Positions 25,181 to 38,533 of a stretch of 64,000 nt of DNA are shown here, piece by piece. The position numbers and the translations under genes are program-made. Source of the DNA: Felis catus (taxonomy: Eukaryota); the NCBI RefSeq assembly GCF_018350175.1, contig NC_058368.1, positions 144,524,001 to 144,588,000 on the forward strand, written 5' to 3'. Positions within the stretch are counted from its first letter, which is position 1. Every line of letters begins with the position of its first letter. Under the pieces are notes generated by a model. The model saw nothing but the letters and a program-made list of their open reading frames with translations, made no database searches and was not told the origin of the DNA.

Positions 25181-28100
25181 GTAAGTCATCTGGGATGCAT
25201 TTTATAAGTCATCGGTTCCAGTTTGGTGGTACTGAAACATAGGGTGACCAGAGTGACAAGTTTAAGTATGCCCCATGTGGAATTATGGCAAATGTGCATC
25301 AACTGTCCTGAGCTTGACCCTGAGAGAAACAAATTTATGCCACACATTTTCCCTCTGTGTAGCATATGGGAGAAAAGCAGGCATTTTTTTTTTAAAACCA
25401 GGCATTTTTGAAGCAATTAAATCAGGAATGGTTTTTGAAAAGTAGCACAGTTTTCTCTTTACAGAAAGATTCCACACAGACTTCTTCCATGGAGTCTCCT
25501 CCTCCAGCATGTTTAAAAATATTATCAGGTTTACAGAAATAGGATGCTGTGCAAACGTTCCAGTATATGCTGGTGGCATAAAAGGCTCCTGAGGGGTGGA
25601 GTGACTGCTGGGAAAGTCTTTGTTTTCCTTCCCATCCTCCCCTCCCTGTTACAATTGCTGTTGAAGTTGGTCTTGAGTTTGTCTGGAGCTCCGGATACCA
25701 AAAGGAGGACATCCTGGGTCACAGAGGCTATGAAAATATAGGGTCTGGAGGCACTGGCTGGACCTGGGGACTCTTGGCCCCTAGTCAGGTTGCTGAATTG
25801 AGGCTGGGGCTTGTCATGACATTTACTTTTGGGTGTTAGAGCACCCGGAGGGATCAAGCATACTTGTGTTCTTACCTGTACCTAGAGCTTTACCGTTAAG
25901 AGTCCTTGAGTGAGAACAGAGGAGGCCCAAATGTGAATTGAATCTCCTGTTCCTTGGAAAAGTGTCGATTCTGCTCTTTTGGAAAGGCATTGAGTGTTCT
26001 TATTGTGGAATTTATGGGGCTTCTGGCCAGGCCTCCAGATTGTCATGTGGTAAACCGATTCTCCTAATCATGTGTGTTAGGGCTTCTGCAGAGAGTTTTG
26101 CCCCCCTGCACAGGCATTGCTGACCCCAGCTGACCATTTTGTAGCCTGAGAAAGAAATGTTGCTCTGGTTCGTAATTGTTTGTCCTAAAGTTTGTCAATC
26201 CTTTTTGAAATCATGGAAGTCACCACAGAGGTTTAGCAAGATTTTTTAAAAACCAAAAGGATGTATTTGAAACAACTTAAATATAGTGAAACTTTATAAT
26301 GGTATTGTGTTTTTTTTCATGGAACTGAATTGTTTGAACTTTTTGCCTCTCTGAAGAAATATTTTCCAAGAAAAACTTCAAAGCAAAAACAAAAAGTTGC
26401 TTTTTTTAACCTTATAAAAATTATAATTTAAGCTTTTATTTATAGTGAAACAAGTTTTATATAATGCAGTGTTCTGAGATTCTGTTTGTGTCTTTGGCAG
26501 TTACCTCCAGATTATGATTACAATCCCTAAACTGTGTCTTTTCAGCAACTCGATTTCAGGTGAATGTTCAAAGAAATGGTTGTGAAAGACACATGGAACA
26601 TTCTGGGAGGCACCTAGCTCCCTTTCTGACAGTGCACTAATGCCTTCCCACGGGCTATCTAATTTCCCTTTGGTGTCATTTTCTCAGGGTTTTAAAACAA
26701 CAGACAGAACCGCACTTGATCTGTAGGGGAGGTGTCCAAACACAGTCGAATGGAGGGCCTTGGAAAGCCCTTTGGATTTCTTGAAAATGCTGAGATGCAC
26801 TTCTGTCACCCTCTCTCCTTTTCCCTGGAGTTTAAGCCCAATAAGAATGGCTTGGCATTTTGATTGACCCCAAGGAATTCCTACAATGTGAGGAAAGGAC
26901 CATCGGACTACGAATCTTGAGGAGACCTGGATGTCTTGCTCACTCTTCAGTCATAGCATTGAGGAAAATAATTGAACCAATCTAATCTCTGTTTCTTACT
27001 CTTAAAATTGAGGACCTGATCTCCAGTTGTCTCCCAGAGCTCTAGCTATCTGGCTGTGATCCTGGGGGGATCACACGATGGTGGTGCAAGGAGCCTGGTG
27101 TTTGTCTAGGAACCCGCATCCTGAGACTGTGGTGGCCCGAAACCCTACAATTTAGCTGAAGGGTCAAATGTTGAGGTCTCTGGCTTCTTCCAGACCAGGG
27201 TAACCAAAGGTCTCAGCTTAGGAGAGCCATTTTTCTAGGAGAAGCCTCAAAGTTGAAGAATTTAGCCAGAATTGGTCCAAACTGCAAGATGTGTAAACTG
27301 AAAGAACAGCTCTTAATCTATTTGCTGCCCTATCACTATTCTGGATAGATCAAGAGAGGAAGCTATCAGAGTGTGCTACCTAAGAGCCTCATTCTCCTTG
27401 GTGCCTCTTCTTTGTCTTGTTTGCTTGGTGTCTCTTCCTTCTGCCTTCTCCCTAGGAGTGACCCTATGGACCACTGAGGGGGAAATTGCACTTTCTAGAA
27501 GCTTGGAGGTTTTCTCTTACTGGGTTCATTCTATCCCTCTTGTTCCCTCTTGGTTCTTTCACAAATGAGGTGAAATAGTCATGAAAACATTTGCTTCCTT
27601 GGAGGGTCTAGCTGTTTCTACTTTCCTCTGCATGCTAGTTCATGCTACCAAGGGACCTCTGACCAGACTTTTTCTTGAGTCTAGATATGGGGGCAGGGGT
27701 TAGGCACAGAGGAGGAGAGGTGATTGGAGCTTTTAGCCTGTGTATGTGTAGACCTTTTACTGGGCTCTTTGTCAAGTAAGTCATTTGCTGCTGTTGATAT
27801 TCTATGTTGAGCTATGGAAACATAGAGGAATTGTTGAATTTGGATGATGCAGTTAATTTATCCTCAATTTAACCATCAGACAAGTAGTCCAAGTGTTGCC
27901 AAGAAATTTGTTATGGAAAATAATGTAGTCATTAATGTAATTTTTAATTAGCAAAGGCAGTGGCTCGACTGGTACAGTTTAAATTGGCTTCAGCTGCTCA
28001 TAAGTCCATAGGTAAGCCGATCATGAAATCTGCCCCTGACAAGAACAGTGCTGTTAGATGTTCTCCAGAAAGTAGCCTTTTGTGGCTCTAGCCACCTATT

Positions 28101-29362
28101 TACTGTAATTGGCAAGCAGGCTAATTAATGTCTATAAAGTGACAAGTATTGTTCCATAGTTGAGAAGAACATTATGATTCATCTAGACAGTACTTACTGT
28201 GATTCTTGGGTTTGGGGGGAACAGATTTATAATCAGCTCTTGAATATACACACGAGCTCTTTGGAGAGCCATCCACTTCTCTGCAGAATGTCCTTTCCCT
28301 GCTTTTTGGCAGCTTCAGGCTTGTTTGTTCCTATACCAGAAAGTAGAAAGGACTGGCTTCTGAATTTCAGATCTATCTACTTGAACCTTAGCCAAGGAGC
28401 TCTCTAAAATAGATTTAATTAATGGGGGAGGATCCTGAAGCTATTGACTAAACTTAGTTTTGTGGGTTTTCAGTGCATGCATTATAAGCGTCAGGCTCTC
28501 CCACTCCTACCTTCTTTGTTATGAAAAATTTAGTACATTAGCTGTTGATTGCCTTGATTTTCTTATAGAACTACTGACTTAGAGGCAAACTGTTATCCAT
28601 CTTGGCACTGTGCAGAAGGGATATTTGAAAGTGTATGTATCCCAAGAGCCTTTACCAGGAGAAGTTTATGGAATGGAGAGGCAGAAAGTGCCCTCCATGT
28701 GTCTTACAGGGGAGGGGTCTCCCTCCTATCAGGAGTCTGTCTGAACTTCCAAAACCTTAATATGATCTGATCCTTAATATGACCTGATCCCAGAATATCA
28801 GCTGCAGAGCCGTGTGTGTGCTGTGGCACTGCCCTTTGTGCTCATGCCTAAACATGGGCCCTCAGTAAACATCAGTAAGTAACCGGTGAAGGCCACCACC
28901 TGCACAAGAGCAACAGCAGATCCGTGGGCAGAGCTGCCAGCACCTCAGGACTGGACGGAAGGAGCTAGCCATAGTACCCTGGGAGGCTGTTTCACTTTCT
29001 TCATTCTTAGAAGGCCTTTCAAGGGCCTAGTGAGACCTCAGGCCCCAGAGAAGAGACCCCGTGGGTTCCTGCATTGGTCAGAGCCACCATGATCATGGCT
29101 GGCTCCGTCATTTGCTGTGACACCACCTTGGGCAAGTTACCAGACCTCTTCACACTTTGTTTTCTTATCTGTGTAAAATGGGCAAATTCCCCTTTTGTTG
29201 CTGGAGGTTTAGGTGTACGTGCAAACCTTGAGCTCCAATCTGACCCATAGCAGGTGGGGTTATGGTGCCTGTTGTTCATGTGTGTTGGTATTATAATTAA
29301 GCCCACTGCCCCAGCTTTCTAAAAGATTTTAGTTTGTAAGCCAGTGAAAAACAAATATGTAG

Positions 29363-29603
29363 AGGGGTACCTAGGTGGCTGAGTCAGTTAGGCATATGAC
29401 TTCGGCTCAGGTCATGATCTCATGGTTCGTGGGTTCGAGCACCGCTTCGGGCTCTGTGCTGACAGCTCAGCCTGCTTTGGGTTCTGGACAGCTGACAGCT
29501 GGAGCCTGCTTCAGATTCTGTGTTTCCCCTGTCTCTCTACCCTTCCCCCACTCGTGCTCTGTCTCTCTCATGATCTCAAAAATAAATAAAAATTAAAATA
29601 AAT
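29363..29603 (+). mobile_element. CAN-SINE with internal duplication
   Basis: flanking direct repeat aaatatgtaga. Confidence 0.9.
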
Positions 29604-30059
29604 AAATATGTAGAATCACTATAACTTTAATTAAAACTCTACTATGTTATATTAACATCTTCATAGGCCTGGTGGAGTTTCTGCCTTTGACAGAATTCAG
29701 ATAGTTTATCTATAAGCAAAACTACGAGTAAATAATCTATTTAAACAATACTTTTTACTGCTAGAAGAATGAATTAAGGTAAAGTAGGATGAGAATGTAA
29801 TAAAGGTGAACATATCTTCTTCTCCCAAGTTTTAATTCTTAAACAGAATATTGCAGTAGGATTCCGAATTTAAAAAAAATTGTGAACAAATATACCTAAA
29901 ATACAGATTCTTGTGATTTGATTATAGCTGTATGTTTCCCCATGAACTCAATTTTCAAAATTTGTGATTAAGAAATATATGATTATATTAAAAAACCTAA
30001 AGAAACAATTGTTTCTCTGGAACATAATATTTTGTTACTCTTTTTTTGTGCTCTTGGTG

Positions 30060-30061
<2 letters not shown>

Positions 30062-30091
<30 letters not shown>
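30062..30091. repeat. (GT)n microsatellite
   Basis: direct reading. Confidence 0.95.
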
Positions 30092-30093
<2 letters not shown>

Positions 30094-30221
30094 TTTGAAG
30101 TATACTTTGTTTCAAAACTGTAAAGGTAGAGATGAGTTTCTCAGACATGATGATGGCACAGTAGAGAGTGTCCCAGTGTTGTTCATCCTGACCTCTTGCT
30201 CATGCCAGCCTTTGCATTTAG

Positions 30222-30331
30222 ATCCCCAGGTATATCATCACACTTCACGAACTCCTAGCTCATACACCCCATGAGCATGTGGAAAGGAAAAGTCTGGAGT
30301 TTGCTAAGTCAAAACTAGAGGAACTGTCCAG
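30222..30331 (+). CDS. RASGRF2: RASGRF2 exon 8 (110 nt), DH domain: [36 protein letters not shown]
   Basis: catttag|ATC acceptor, CCAG|gtatgt donor. Confidence 0.96.
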
Positions 30332-31076
30332 GTATGTAGAGAACTCATAATAAATGCTTGATTAGAGAAAGCAGCAAGTTAGTCTCTGTGGAAACCTAAT
30401 ATATATGTCCAGGCAACAAGAAGCAAGACACAGACCAGCTTCTCAGATTCACCTGAATATTAAATGCTAGCTCTTCAGATGGTACTGAATCAGAATACAT
30501 GTTAATTTTAACCAAGAAAAATATATATTGTTGAAAATGTTTTTATAGCATGTGAATTTATATAATTGAGATTATAGCTGTATTTGGGTTTATGTTTCTT
30601 TCAGGATAATAGGAAAACGACCTTTATTGGAATCCTCGTGTTCATATTTGGCAAGAAGCTAGAGAATGTATATTTTGCATTTTTCAGTGACTTTTCAGTG
30701 TTTCAAGGAATTATTTACGTCTCTGTTCCTTTAGCTTATATGGCATAAATGGTATAAAGTCCTCTAATTTGCTCTACCTCTAACAAATGGCATCCTAATT
30801 TCAATGAAGGTTGCTGTTCACAAAATAATACTTTGCTTTCCTGTTGCATTCCCCAGGGTGTTCATTGGTTTGTGACCCGCTTGTCATTTAGAATCATGTA
30901 CAACTGGCTTTGGTTTGGGTCATGGCTTGTTGAGGCCTGGAAGTCTGCTCTCCCCACAGTCTCTTTTATACTGATGCAAGTCAAAACTGAACTTCCCAGA
31001 GGGAACTCTTCTTTGCATACCTGCTAGGGCTACAGAAAATATCTCTTACTGTGATCTGTCTGTGCTGTGTCTATAG

Positions 31077-31195
31077 GATAATGCATGATGAAGTGAGTGA
31101 CACTGAAAACATAAGGAAGAACCTTGCCATAGAAAGAATGATCGTAGAGGGTTGTGATATTTTGCTGGACACCAGCCAAACTTTTATCCGCCAAG
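31077..31195 (+). CDS. RASGRF2: RASGRF2 exon 9 (119 nt): [39 protein letters not shown]
   Basis: ctatag|G acceptor, CAAG|gtaagt donor; overlaps ORF 31051..31296. Confidence 0.96.
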
Positions 31196-31385
31196 GTAAG
31201 TCCTTGTTTGGTAGACCCACTGTCTTAGTCATCTCTGCGACTTACGCATTATCATTGCCAGATCCCGGAAACCATTTTGGAGCAGGTTTGATGTAGCTGT
31301 GTGATTGATACTGTTCATGCAGGACACCTCCGTGGCCTTGACCGAGGCTGTGGTTGAGGCCCACCTTTGTGCTGTTTCTTTTCAG

Positions 31386-31433
31386 GGGCCATGAAAAACA
31401 GCAACACAATAATAGTAAAGCACGAGTGGGACA
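31386..31433 (+). CDS. Candidate 48-nt in-frame cassette microexon of RASGRF2 (G-AMKNSNTIIVKHEWD-S)
   Basis: tttgtgctgtttcttttcag acceptor and ACA|gtaagt donor; symmetric phase 1, no stop. No expression evidence available. Confidence 0.5.
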
Positions 31434-33949
31434 GTAAGTTACATTCTGACTGGACTCTCCTCCTCAGTGGACCAGACATTCTCTACAGCTCCAAGGAGGA
31501 CAGATCGGTCTGGCCGATGAGAGTGGCAGTGCCAGGTGGCGACGATATACAGGCAAAGGCCCAAGAGAAACTTGCATTGCTCAAAGCCCTTTCACATAGT
31601 GGTGGGGACAATGTCCGAAGTGAAAACAGCTGTCTCTTGTTCCCATTCTTCATCAGCACTTCTGGATCAGCCCCCCATGATATGATTTGATTCAGTTGGC
31701 AACTCCAGTTGCCAAACGAAATGTCTGTTGACCCCTGACACGCTTTGGTAATGGTGCATGTATCTTGTTTGTGGGATGTGTGCTTTCCGAGCATCACCCA
31801 GTATTTTAAGCTTTTGAAGTGTTGAAGATATTTGTGCCAGAAACTTTGGAGAAGCAACAGCCTAACAGTGTCCCTCCCTCCAGGGCCCTCATTGCAGAAT
31901 GCAAGGAGTAAACCTCATCCAGAGTTCTTTTTTTAAGTGCTTAAGTGTTCTGAGGGAAGGGACCATGCCCCACGGAATTGATTTGAGACAATGCATTGCA
32001 CACATTTATGATTTTGAACTTGGTGAGCAGTGACACATAGATTTTGGAACTAGGATTAACCTTTAATGTAGTTTTTGTTCAGAATGTGCCAATAACATTT
32101 GAAGATATTTGCATTTCTGTTGCCTGCCAAAATGTGCTGCTTAAAATTTTTTTTTTACCTCATCAAATAAGACGTTACTTGTGCTGTGCACATAAATTTT
32201 TGCACAGAATACTTAAAAAAGTTTAACACGTGCTGTTCTATTTTCCATTATTTATTTATAAAGAGAGAAAGTACACATATGTTAAAGTTTGGAAGTTTAT
32301 TTTAGGAAATGATAACTTTTCTCAGTTTTTGGCTTCTGATACTAATTTTCCTTTAAATATAGTGGAATATAATGCTAACAACATCAGGCCTGCCTAATTC
32401 CCCCTGTATTCCTCCGCAGAGACTGTGTTCCCATATTGGCTTTCTGCCTTCCTGGCACTTGCCTGCCTGTGTGCCTTCACGTGTGCTTTCCCCAGCCTGG
32501 GGCCTGGGAATGCCCTTTTCCATCCCTTCCGTGCCTATCGAAGGTCTGCTTGGCCTTCCAGGCTCAGGTCAGACACCTCTAGAGAGCCTTTTACAATGTT
32601 CCCTCATCTTTCTCTCCCCTTCCCTCCAGTTAGAATGGATTTACCTTCCTCCTGGTTTCGTGCCCCTTGCTCCCGATGCATGTATTTCGTCCTCTTGTGT
32701 ATTGTAGGTACATGTTTGCACGCCTGTCTCTGCCAGTAATTGTAACTCTGAAGGGCAGTGTTTACGAATTCTCTCCTGCCTTATCTCTTGTTTTCCATTA
32801 TAGATACCTGAAAGATGGGCATTGGATTAAATTGAATTACTTGTTGAATTGCAGTTTTGATTGTTAGATGTCTTATTTTGTATTTTTCTTGCATTTGGAA
32901 TTCACTGAAAAAAATACTAATTGACTGGAGCTTTATAATATGCGAGAATGCAAATAAATGTTTCTGTAACTAGTATTCTATTTCTGAAAGGGCTTTTGAT
33001 TGAAAAGTATGATACATCGTAATTTATTTCTATAAACTGAGACTGCTCTTATCTAAGTTTGAAAAAAACATCTATAATGAAAAACGCTAGAAGGTTGAAT
33101 ATATTGAATAAGTCATTTTTTTCAGTACACCCAGAGGAAAAATACTCAGGACCCACCTCTGCCTTTGATTCATGTCCAGATGTTATTTATTGCTTTTTCT
33201 TTGCCACATGTTTAAAGCACTTCTGTTAGCTATTAATACAGCTGATGTTATTATTGTATTGATGTTGATATAATGATTTGCCTTTACAGTATTTTTCTGT
33301 ATTTTTGGTTGTTAGTGTGTTTAGAAATTATTCAATAGAGTTGGCTTTAAAAAAACAGACCTTAATCCAAAAGTAGAAAGTAATCCAATTACATATACTT
33401 TGGGAAGTTTCCATTGTTTTGCTTTGGTTGCTCCTATTATCATTTTTACTACATACCCTTAACAGACTTTTAAACCCATCCAGGTGGGTTTTTTATTCTT
33501 TTAAACTTTGATGGATTCCATTTCCTATGAAATGGACTACAAATTATCTCTAATTGTCTGCTAGTATTTGTGTTATTTACTTTTAGGGATAGTATGAGGT
33601 ATGTTGCAGTGTGTATGTATTTGTGTGTGTACATGTGTGCATATGCACAAATATATGTGTGGTTTCAACCTTAAATGAATGTTTATTCTGAGGACTAGAA
33701 AAAATAAGTCGCCCAGGACGTCAGAAAGGCCTCCTTAGAATAGGGGCATCAGATAATCTTGAATGTCAATCTGTGGGAATTTAGTGATTAAAGTAACAGA
33801 AGTTTTATTGTAAATTGATGCTAATCATTAAATAGTTGATGAGCAGGATGCAAAGGACTGTATCGCCATGTAGTCTGATAATGTCATTTATGTTCCAAAA
33901 TCTACTCAAAGTTTGTTGAACTAAAGTGTATGAGTCTGAAACAGTAATA

Positions 33950-34150
33950 GGAAGACAGTATAGCCATGTCGCTGGAGGTCAAATTCTGCCTCCACCATCT
34001 CCTTGCTGTAGGATATTGAGCAATTTATTTCACTTTTCTTTGTCTCAGTTTCCTCTCCTTAAGTTGGAGTTAATAGCACCTAGATTTTAGGGTCGTGGTG
34101 AAAATTTAATGAGCTGATACCCACAAAAGCATTTAAACCAGTGCCTGTGA
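33950..34150 (+). mobile_element. MIR
   Basis: tcaaattctgcctccacc...gtctcagtttcctc...cagtgcctg core. Confidence 0.7.
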
Positions 34151-36589
34151 GAGTATGACATAAATTTAAAAACCAAGATCTAAATTTTGGAATGAGTTTC
34201 TGTTTTTCAATAACATGAAATATATATGAACATTTAGTAGAAGATGAGGCACTCTAAATTGACATTTTGCTGAAAACCCATTATACATAGCCAATGTCTT
34301 GTGGAAATGTGAACCAGGATAATTAAGTGAAGGTTACTGAGTTCAGAGTGAAATGCATTCAGAATGAGTCTCGGACCTCTGTGATACCTTAACTATTCCC
34401 CGACTCACAGTCATGTCCTTTTGGGGTAGCAGTGTTCTTTGGAGTTGTAACATGGGGTCCACAAATATTTGTACTTTCTCAAATGCCTAACCCAGTAACC
34501 TGGAAGTTGCTCATCATTCCTTTTCACACTGGGTGGAATGAAGAATAAGGGCATTAGTCCTGAATGCCATTCTTTGGGAATTTAGTGATTGAAATAACAC
34601 AAGTTTTGTTGTAAATTGATCCCAATTATTAGGTTGACTGAGAGAGACACAAGGAACTGTGTCATAGCAATGGTCTGATATTGAGGAATTACTAATACAA
34701 ACTATTCCTTTAATTTTTACTAACTAGAGAGGAATCTTCAAGTCTTAGAGTTGTATTGAAACACCAGGTCAAACATAAAATGAAATATAAAAAAAGTCCA
34801 CTTAACATGTTTTTCCCAATATAATTATTTTATAAACCGAACAATAGTGTTGAAATCCCTCACTTTTAATTCTGACGTATAGACTTCTGTATAGACTGAA
34901 TATACAGGATGAACGGTTATCGATTAAACATATTAGTGTATCGTTGACAAGGAAATGTTTATTTTTTTTACCTCAAAGTTTTAATCCACAGTATTACTAA
35001 TATATGAGCAAACATGTATTCTGTAATTTCTGATCTGCAAAATCATTAAATGCTAGAAGCACTTAATGACACATTATATTGAATCTTCATAAACTTGGTT
35101 ATAACCTTTCTGAAAATGACTCCTGAACCTGTTTATCCACCAGGACATTTATTTGTCTTCAGCTCCAGTCTTTCACTCTGCCCTAGCTGATCTCACGACC
35201 CCCCATGGCAAAGCTACAACAGACTGTCTTTTCCTATCCGATCCCTTTCCAGGTGTCATTGTTTATGTTGCTGAATCCACTGCCATCTCTTGGCAGCATG
35301 GCTTACTCAGGTGACGGCTGCTCAGCCCCTCAGGCCTCAGTTTTCCCTTCTATGAAATCAGGGGCGAACCAGGTCCTCCGAAAGAGCTCCTCTGGCTTTG
35401 ATTCTGCCCCGTGAGCCCCATCAGTGCAGTCCTTCTGCTGTTACTCATTTACTTATCTAGGCAGTCTGCCTTTTGCTCTCCCCACCCCTCCTCTGCTCTT
35501 CAAATTTAATTACTTGCTGCCTGCGCTCTCTGACAGCTTGCTCCCACCTGCCTCACCTCCTTCCTTCGCTCTCCCCTTGCCCGTTCCCTTCGGTGGAGTC
35601 AAGCCTTCTCCTACCCTTTGTTCCCAGGGCCCACAGCCTTCCCCAGGACTACTTCCATGCTGTTCTTTAGGCCCCCAAATAGCTGCCTACTTTGCCTCTG
35701 TCTAGCAGTCCCACCTAAACACTCACCTGAGGAGATGGAATCTGCACACGGAGGCTTGCTCCTCATCTACCCACCTCCCCACCTTCAGCTCTGTTAAAAA
35801 GTAGATGCTGTTTGGAGTATTCTTATGCTAACGTGAACATTTTGTGACCCACAGTCATAGTTTAACCATTTTACGTATACGAACAACTTTAGTGGGGCTT
35901 TCCCCACTTATCAAAGGAATCTGTGGCCATTAAAAAAAAACAGGAAACGCAGAAAATGTATGAAGAGGAAATGAGGTTGCCTGCAATCTCACTTTTTAGT
36001 GCTGACCCCTGTTAATATTTAAGGGTTGAATATGCAGTTAACGGTTCTTATGAGACTGATATGTGTCTTTGTAAGGCTGCATTTTGAGTAGTGGTAGATT
36101 GAACAAATAGTAGTAATATCGCTGACTCAGTAATATCACTATCTCTGAAGTCAAGGTATTGACAAGAATCTTTCCTAGTGTTTGTTTTGGTTTGCTGTCT
36201 AACTTAGACTGGAATTTTATTTTGTGGGGAGGTCATTATTAGGATGAACTTGTATAAAACCTATGTAGAGATTCTCACATTGAATAGAAGACAGTTTTGT
36301 TCACGGGAATGCTCTGGGTATAGACTTTATGAGTTCTTTTCCATTTAAATTCCACAAAATTTTTATCACACATAATTTAAATATAATCTGAAATAGCTGC
36401 CCTTTAAAAATTAACTAAGTTGCATTGAATTGTTTAATTTGTTTATTTTTATAATATACATGCAGTGTAAATTTTATTTTTTATTATGTTATTTGTCTAC
36501 ACAGTGCCTCAGGAAGAATAAATTCTATCTTCTTTTTACTATGTTATTTTATTACTATATGCAATTATACAGTATATATCTTGTTCTTT

Positions 36590-36828
36590 TTTTAATTTCT
36601 TTAAAAAATTTTTAAAAATATTTTTTATATGTTTTTGAGAGAGAAGGACAGAGAAACAGAGCACAAGCAGGAGAGGGGCAGAGAGAGAGGGAGACACAGA
36701 ATCCCAAGCAGGCTCCAGGCTCTCAGCTGTCAGCACAGAGCGTGACACTGGCCTCGAACTTGCGAACCATGAGATCATGACCTGAGCCGAAATCAGACGC
36801 TTAACAGGCTGAGCCATCCAGGCGCCCC
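36590..36828 (-). mobile_element. SINEC_Fc
   Basis: reverse-complement head ending ccaggcgcccc; imperfect TSD at(a/g)tatctt(g/a)ttctt. Confidence 0.92.
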
Positions 36829-36987
36829 ATGTATCTTATTCTTAAATTGATTGAGATAAGATCACCAAGGGACAGATGACACAAGTGCCCTGTTCTCTGA
36901 ATTCAGTTTGGCTTTCTTTCAAATTTATTTTACAGTTTATTAGTAAATAATCAAGTCTGAAATGTTTTATAAAAATAGTAGGAATTA

Positions 36988-37197
36988 GGGGTGACTGAGC
37001 GGCTCAGTTGGTTAAGCATCCAACTCTTGATATGAGCTCAGGTCATGATCTCACAGCCCATGGGATCGAGCCTTGAGTTGGGCTCTGGGCAGACAGTGTG
37101 GAACCTGCTTGGGATTCTCTCTCTCCCTCTCTCTGCTGCTCTGCTGCTTGCTCTCTCTCCCTCTCTCTTTCTCTCTCTGAAATCAATAAATCAAAAA
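36988..37197 (+). mobile_element. CAN-SINE
   Basis: ggggtgactgagcggctcagttgg head, CT tract, A-rich tail. Confidence 0.88.
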
Positions 37198-37394
37198 ATA
37201 GTGACAATTAGTTAGGCCCTTAAAACACAATGCATTCTCTCTTATGCTCAGAGTGTAGAGGATTTACTTCCAATGGTGCATCAAATAAATCCTTGGTATC
37301 TTGGGAAACAGGTCCTAGAGTTTATTGCATCAAGAATAGCTCTCACTTGAAAAAATTTTAATTGCTGTGTATTCTTCACTTTTGTGATCACCAG

Positions 37395-37555
37395 GTTCTC
37401 TTATTCAAGTACCTTCTGTTGAGAGGGGGAAACTTAGTAAAGTTCGCCTGGGTTCACTGTCTTTGAAAAAGGAAGGAGAAAGACAGTGCTTCTTATTTAC
37501 AAAACACTTTTTAATTTGTACAAGAAGTTCAGGAGGAAAGCTGCATCTGCTCAAG
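37395..37555 (+). CDS. RASGRF2: RASGRF2 exon 10 (161 nt), PH2 domain: [53 protein letters not shown]
   Basis: caccag|GT acceptor, AAG|gtatgg donor. Confidence 0.96.
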
Positions 37556-37892
37556 GTATGGGTTTTATGTGACTATTCCATTTATGTTCCATGCACTTAA
37601 GAGGGATTGAGATTAATTTAATTATGGCTTTCCCATATCCAGTATCATAAAACCCAGATTGTCACAATTGCATAGTGAGGTAATGCACAGTTGCTAAGCC
37701 TGGCATGTACTTTGTTGTTAATCAAATCCAAAAAATAGAAATTTAAGTGTCCATTTCCATAAAAAAGTGCAATTAAAATCATAAACTAGAAAAAATTACT
37801 AGTTGATGACTACTGAGCTACAAAAATCTTATTAAATCACTGCAGTATATTGATAGAATATTTGCTAAATCCTATTTTATCTTGCTCTATAC

Positions 37893-38085
37893 CAAGAGTC
37901 AGCAAACCATGGCCCACAGCCTGCTGCCTGTTCATAAAGTTTTATTGGAACACAGCCATGCTCATTTGTTTATATATTGTCTGGCTGCTTTCATGCTTTT
38001 AAAATGGCAGATTTGAATAGTTGCGATAGAGATATGGCTTGTAAAGCCTAAAAGATTTACTGTCTGGTCCTTTATAGAAAAAGTA
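37893..38085. mobile_element. hAT-Charlie MITE (MER58-like)
   Basis: gtcagcaaaccatggccc...aaagttttattggaacacagccatgctcatttgttt...aagcctaaaa.atttactgtctgg. Confidence 0.8.
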
Positions 38086-38466
38086 CCTATCTATACCTTT
38101 TGTTATTAGTACCTAACAACTATTATCCAACACCAGGATGATGGCTTTCTGCTGCTTAAAGCACTTCCTGGTTGGTGGGTCTAGTTGCATTCACTCTCAA
38201 GGTGCCATCTAGTCTCCAGTAGGCTGACTTGCTAAATTTATAAACATTGGGAGTGAGAGGCAGTTGGTGCAGAAGAATCATGAAATTCAATGTGTTTAAT
38301 TACTTTTACACAGCTAACTGTAGTTTTGGAATCAATGAAAAATTATTTGTGATGCAGAATTGCTATGCTTTCTTCTGTGACAATTTGAATATAAGGTTTA
38401 TGTATCTGAGCTTCCCAACTTATGCAAGACTGTCAGCCTCTTAATAAAAAATTGGTTTGTTTCCAG

Positions 38467-38533
38467 ACAGGTGGGGTTCTCTCTCTAATAGAATGTACTT
38501 TGATTGAGGAGCCCGATGCAAGTGATGATGACT
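38467..38533 (+). CDS. RASGRF2: RASGRF2 exon 11 (67 nt): [22 protein letters not shown]
   Basis: gtttccag|ACA acceptor, GACT|gtaagt donor. Confidence 0.95.

Noticed and set aside
28755..28790. 17-bp tandem duplication ccttaatatga(t/c)ctgat
   Set aside because: Ordinary slippage duplication with no functional hint.
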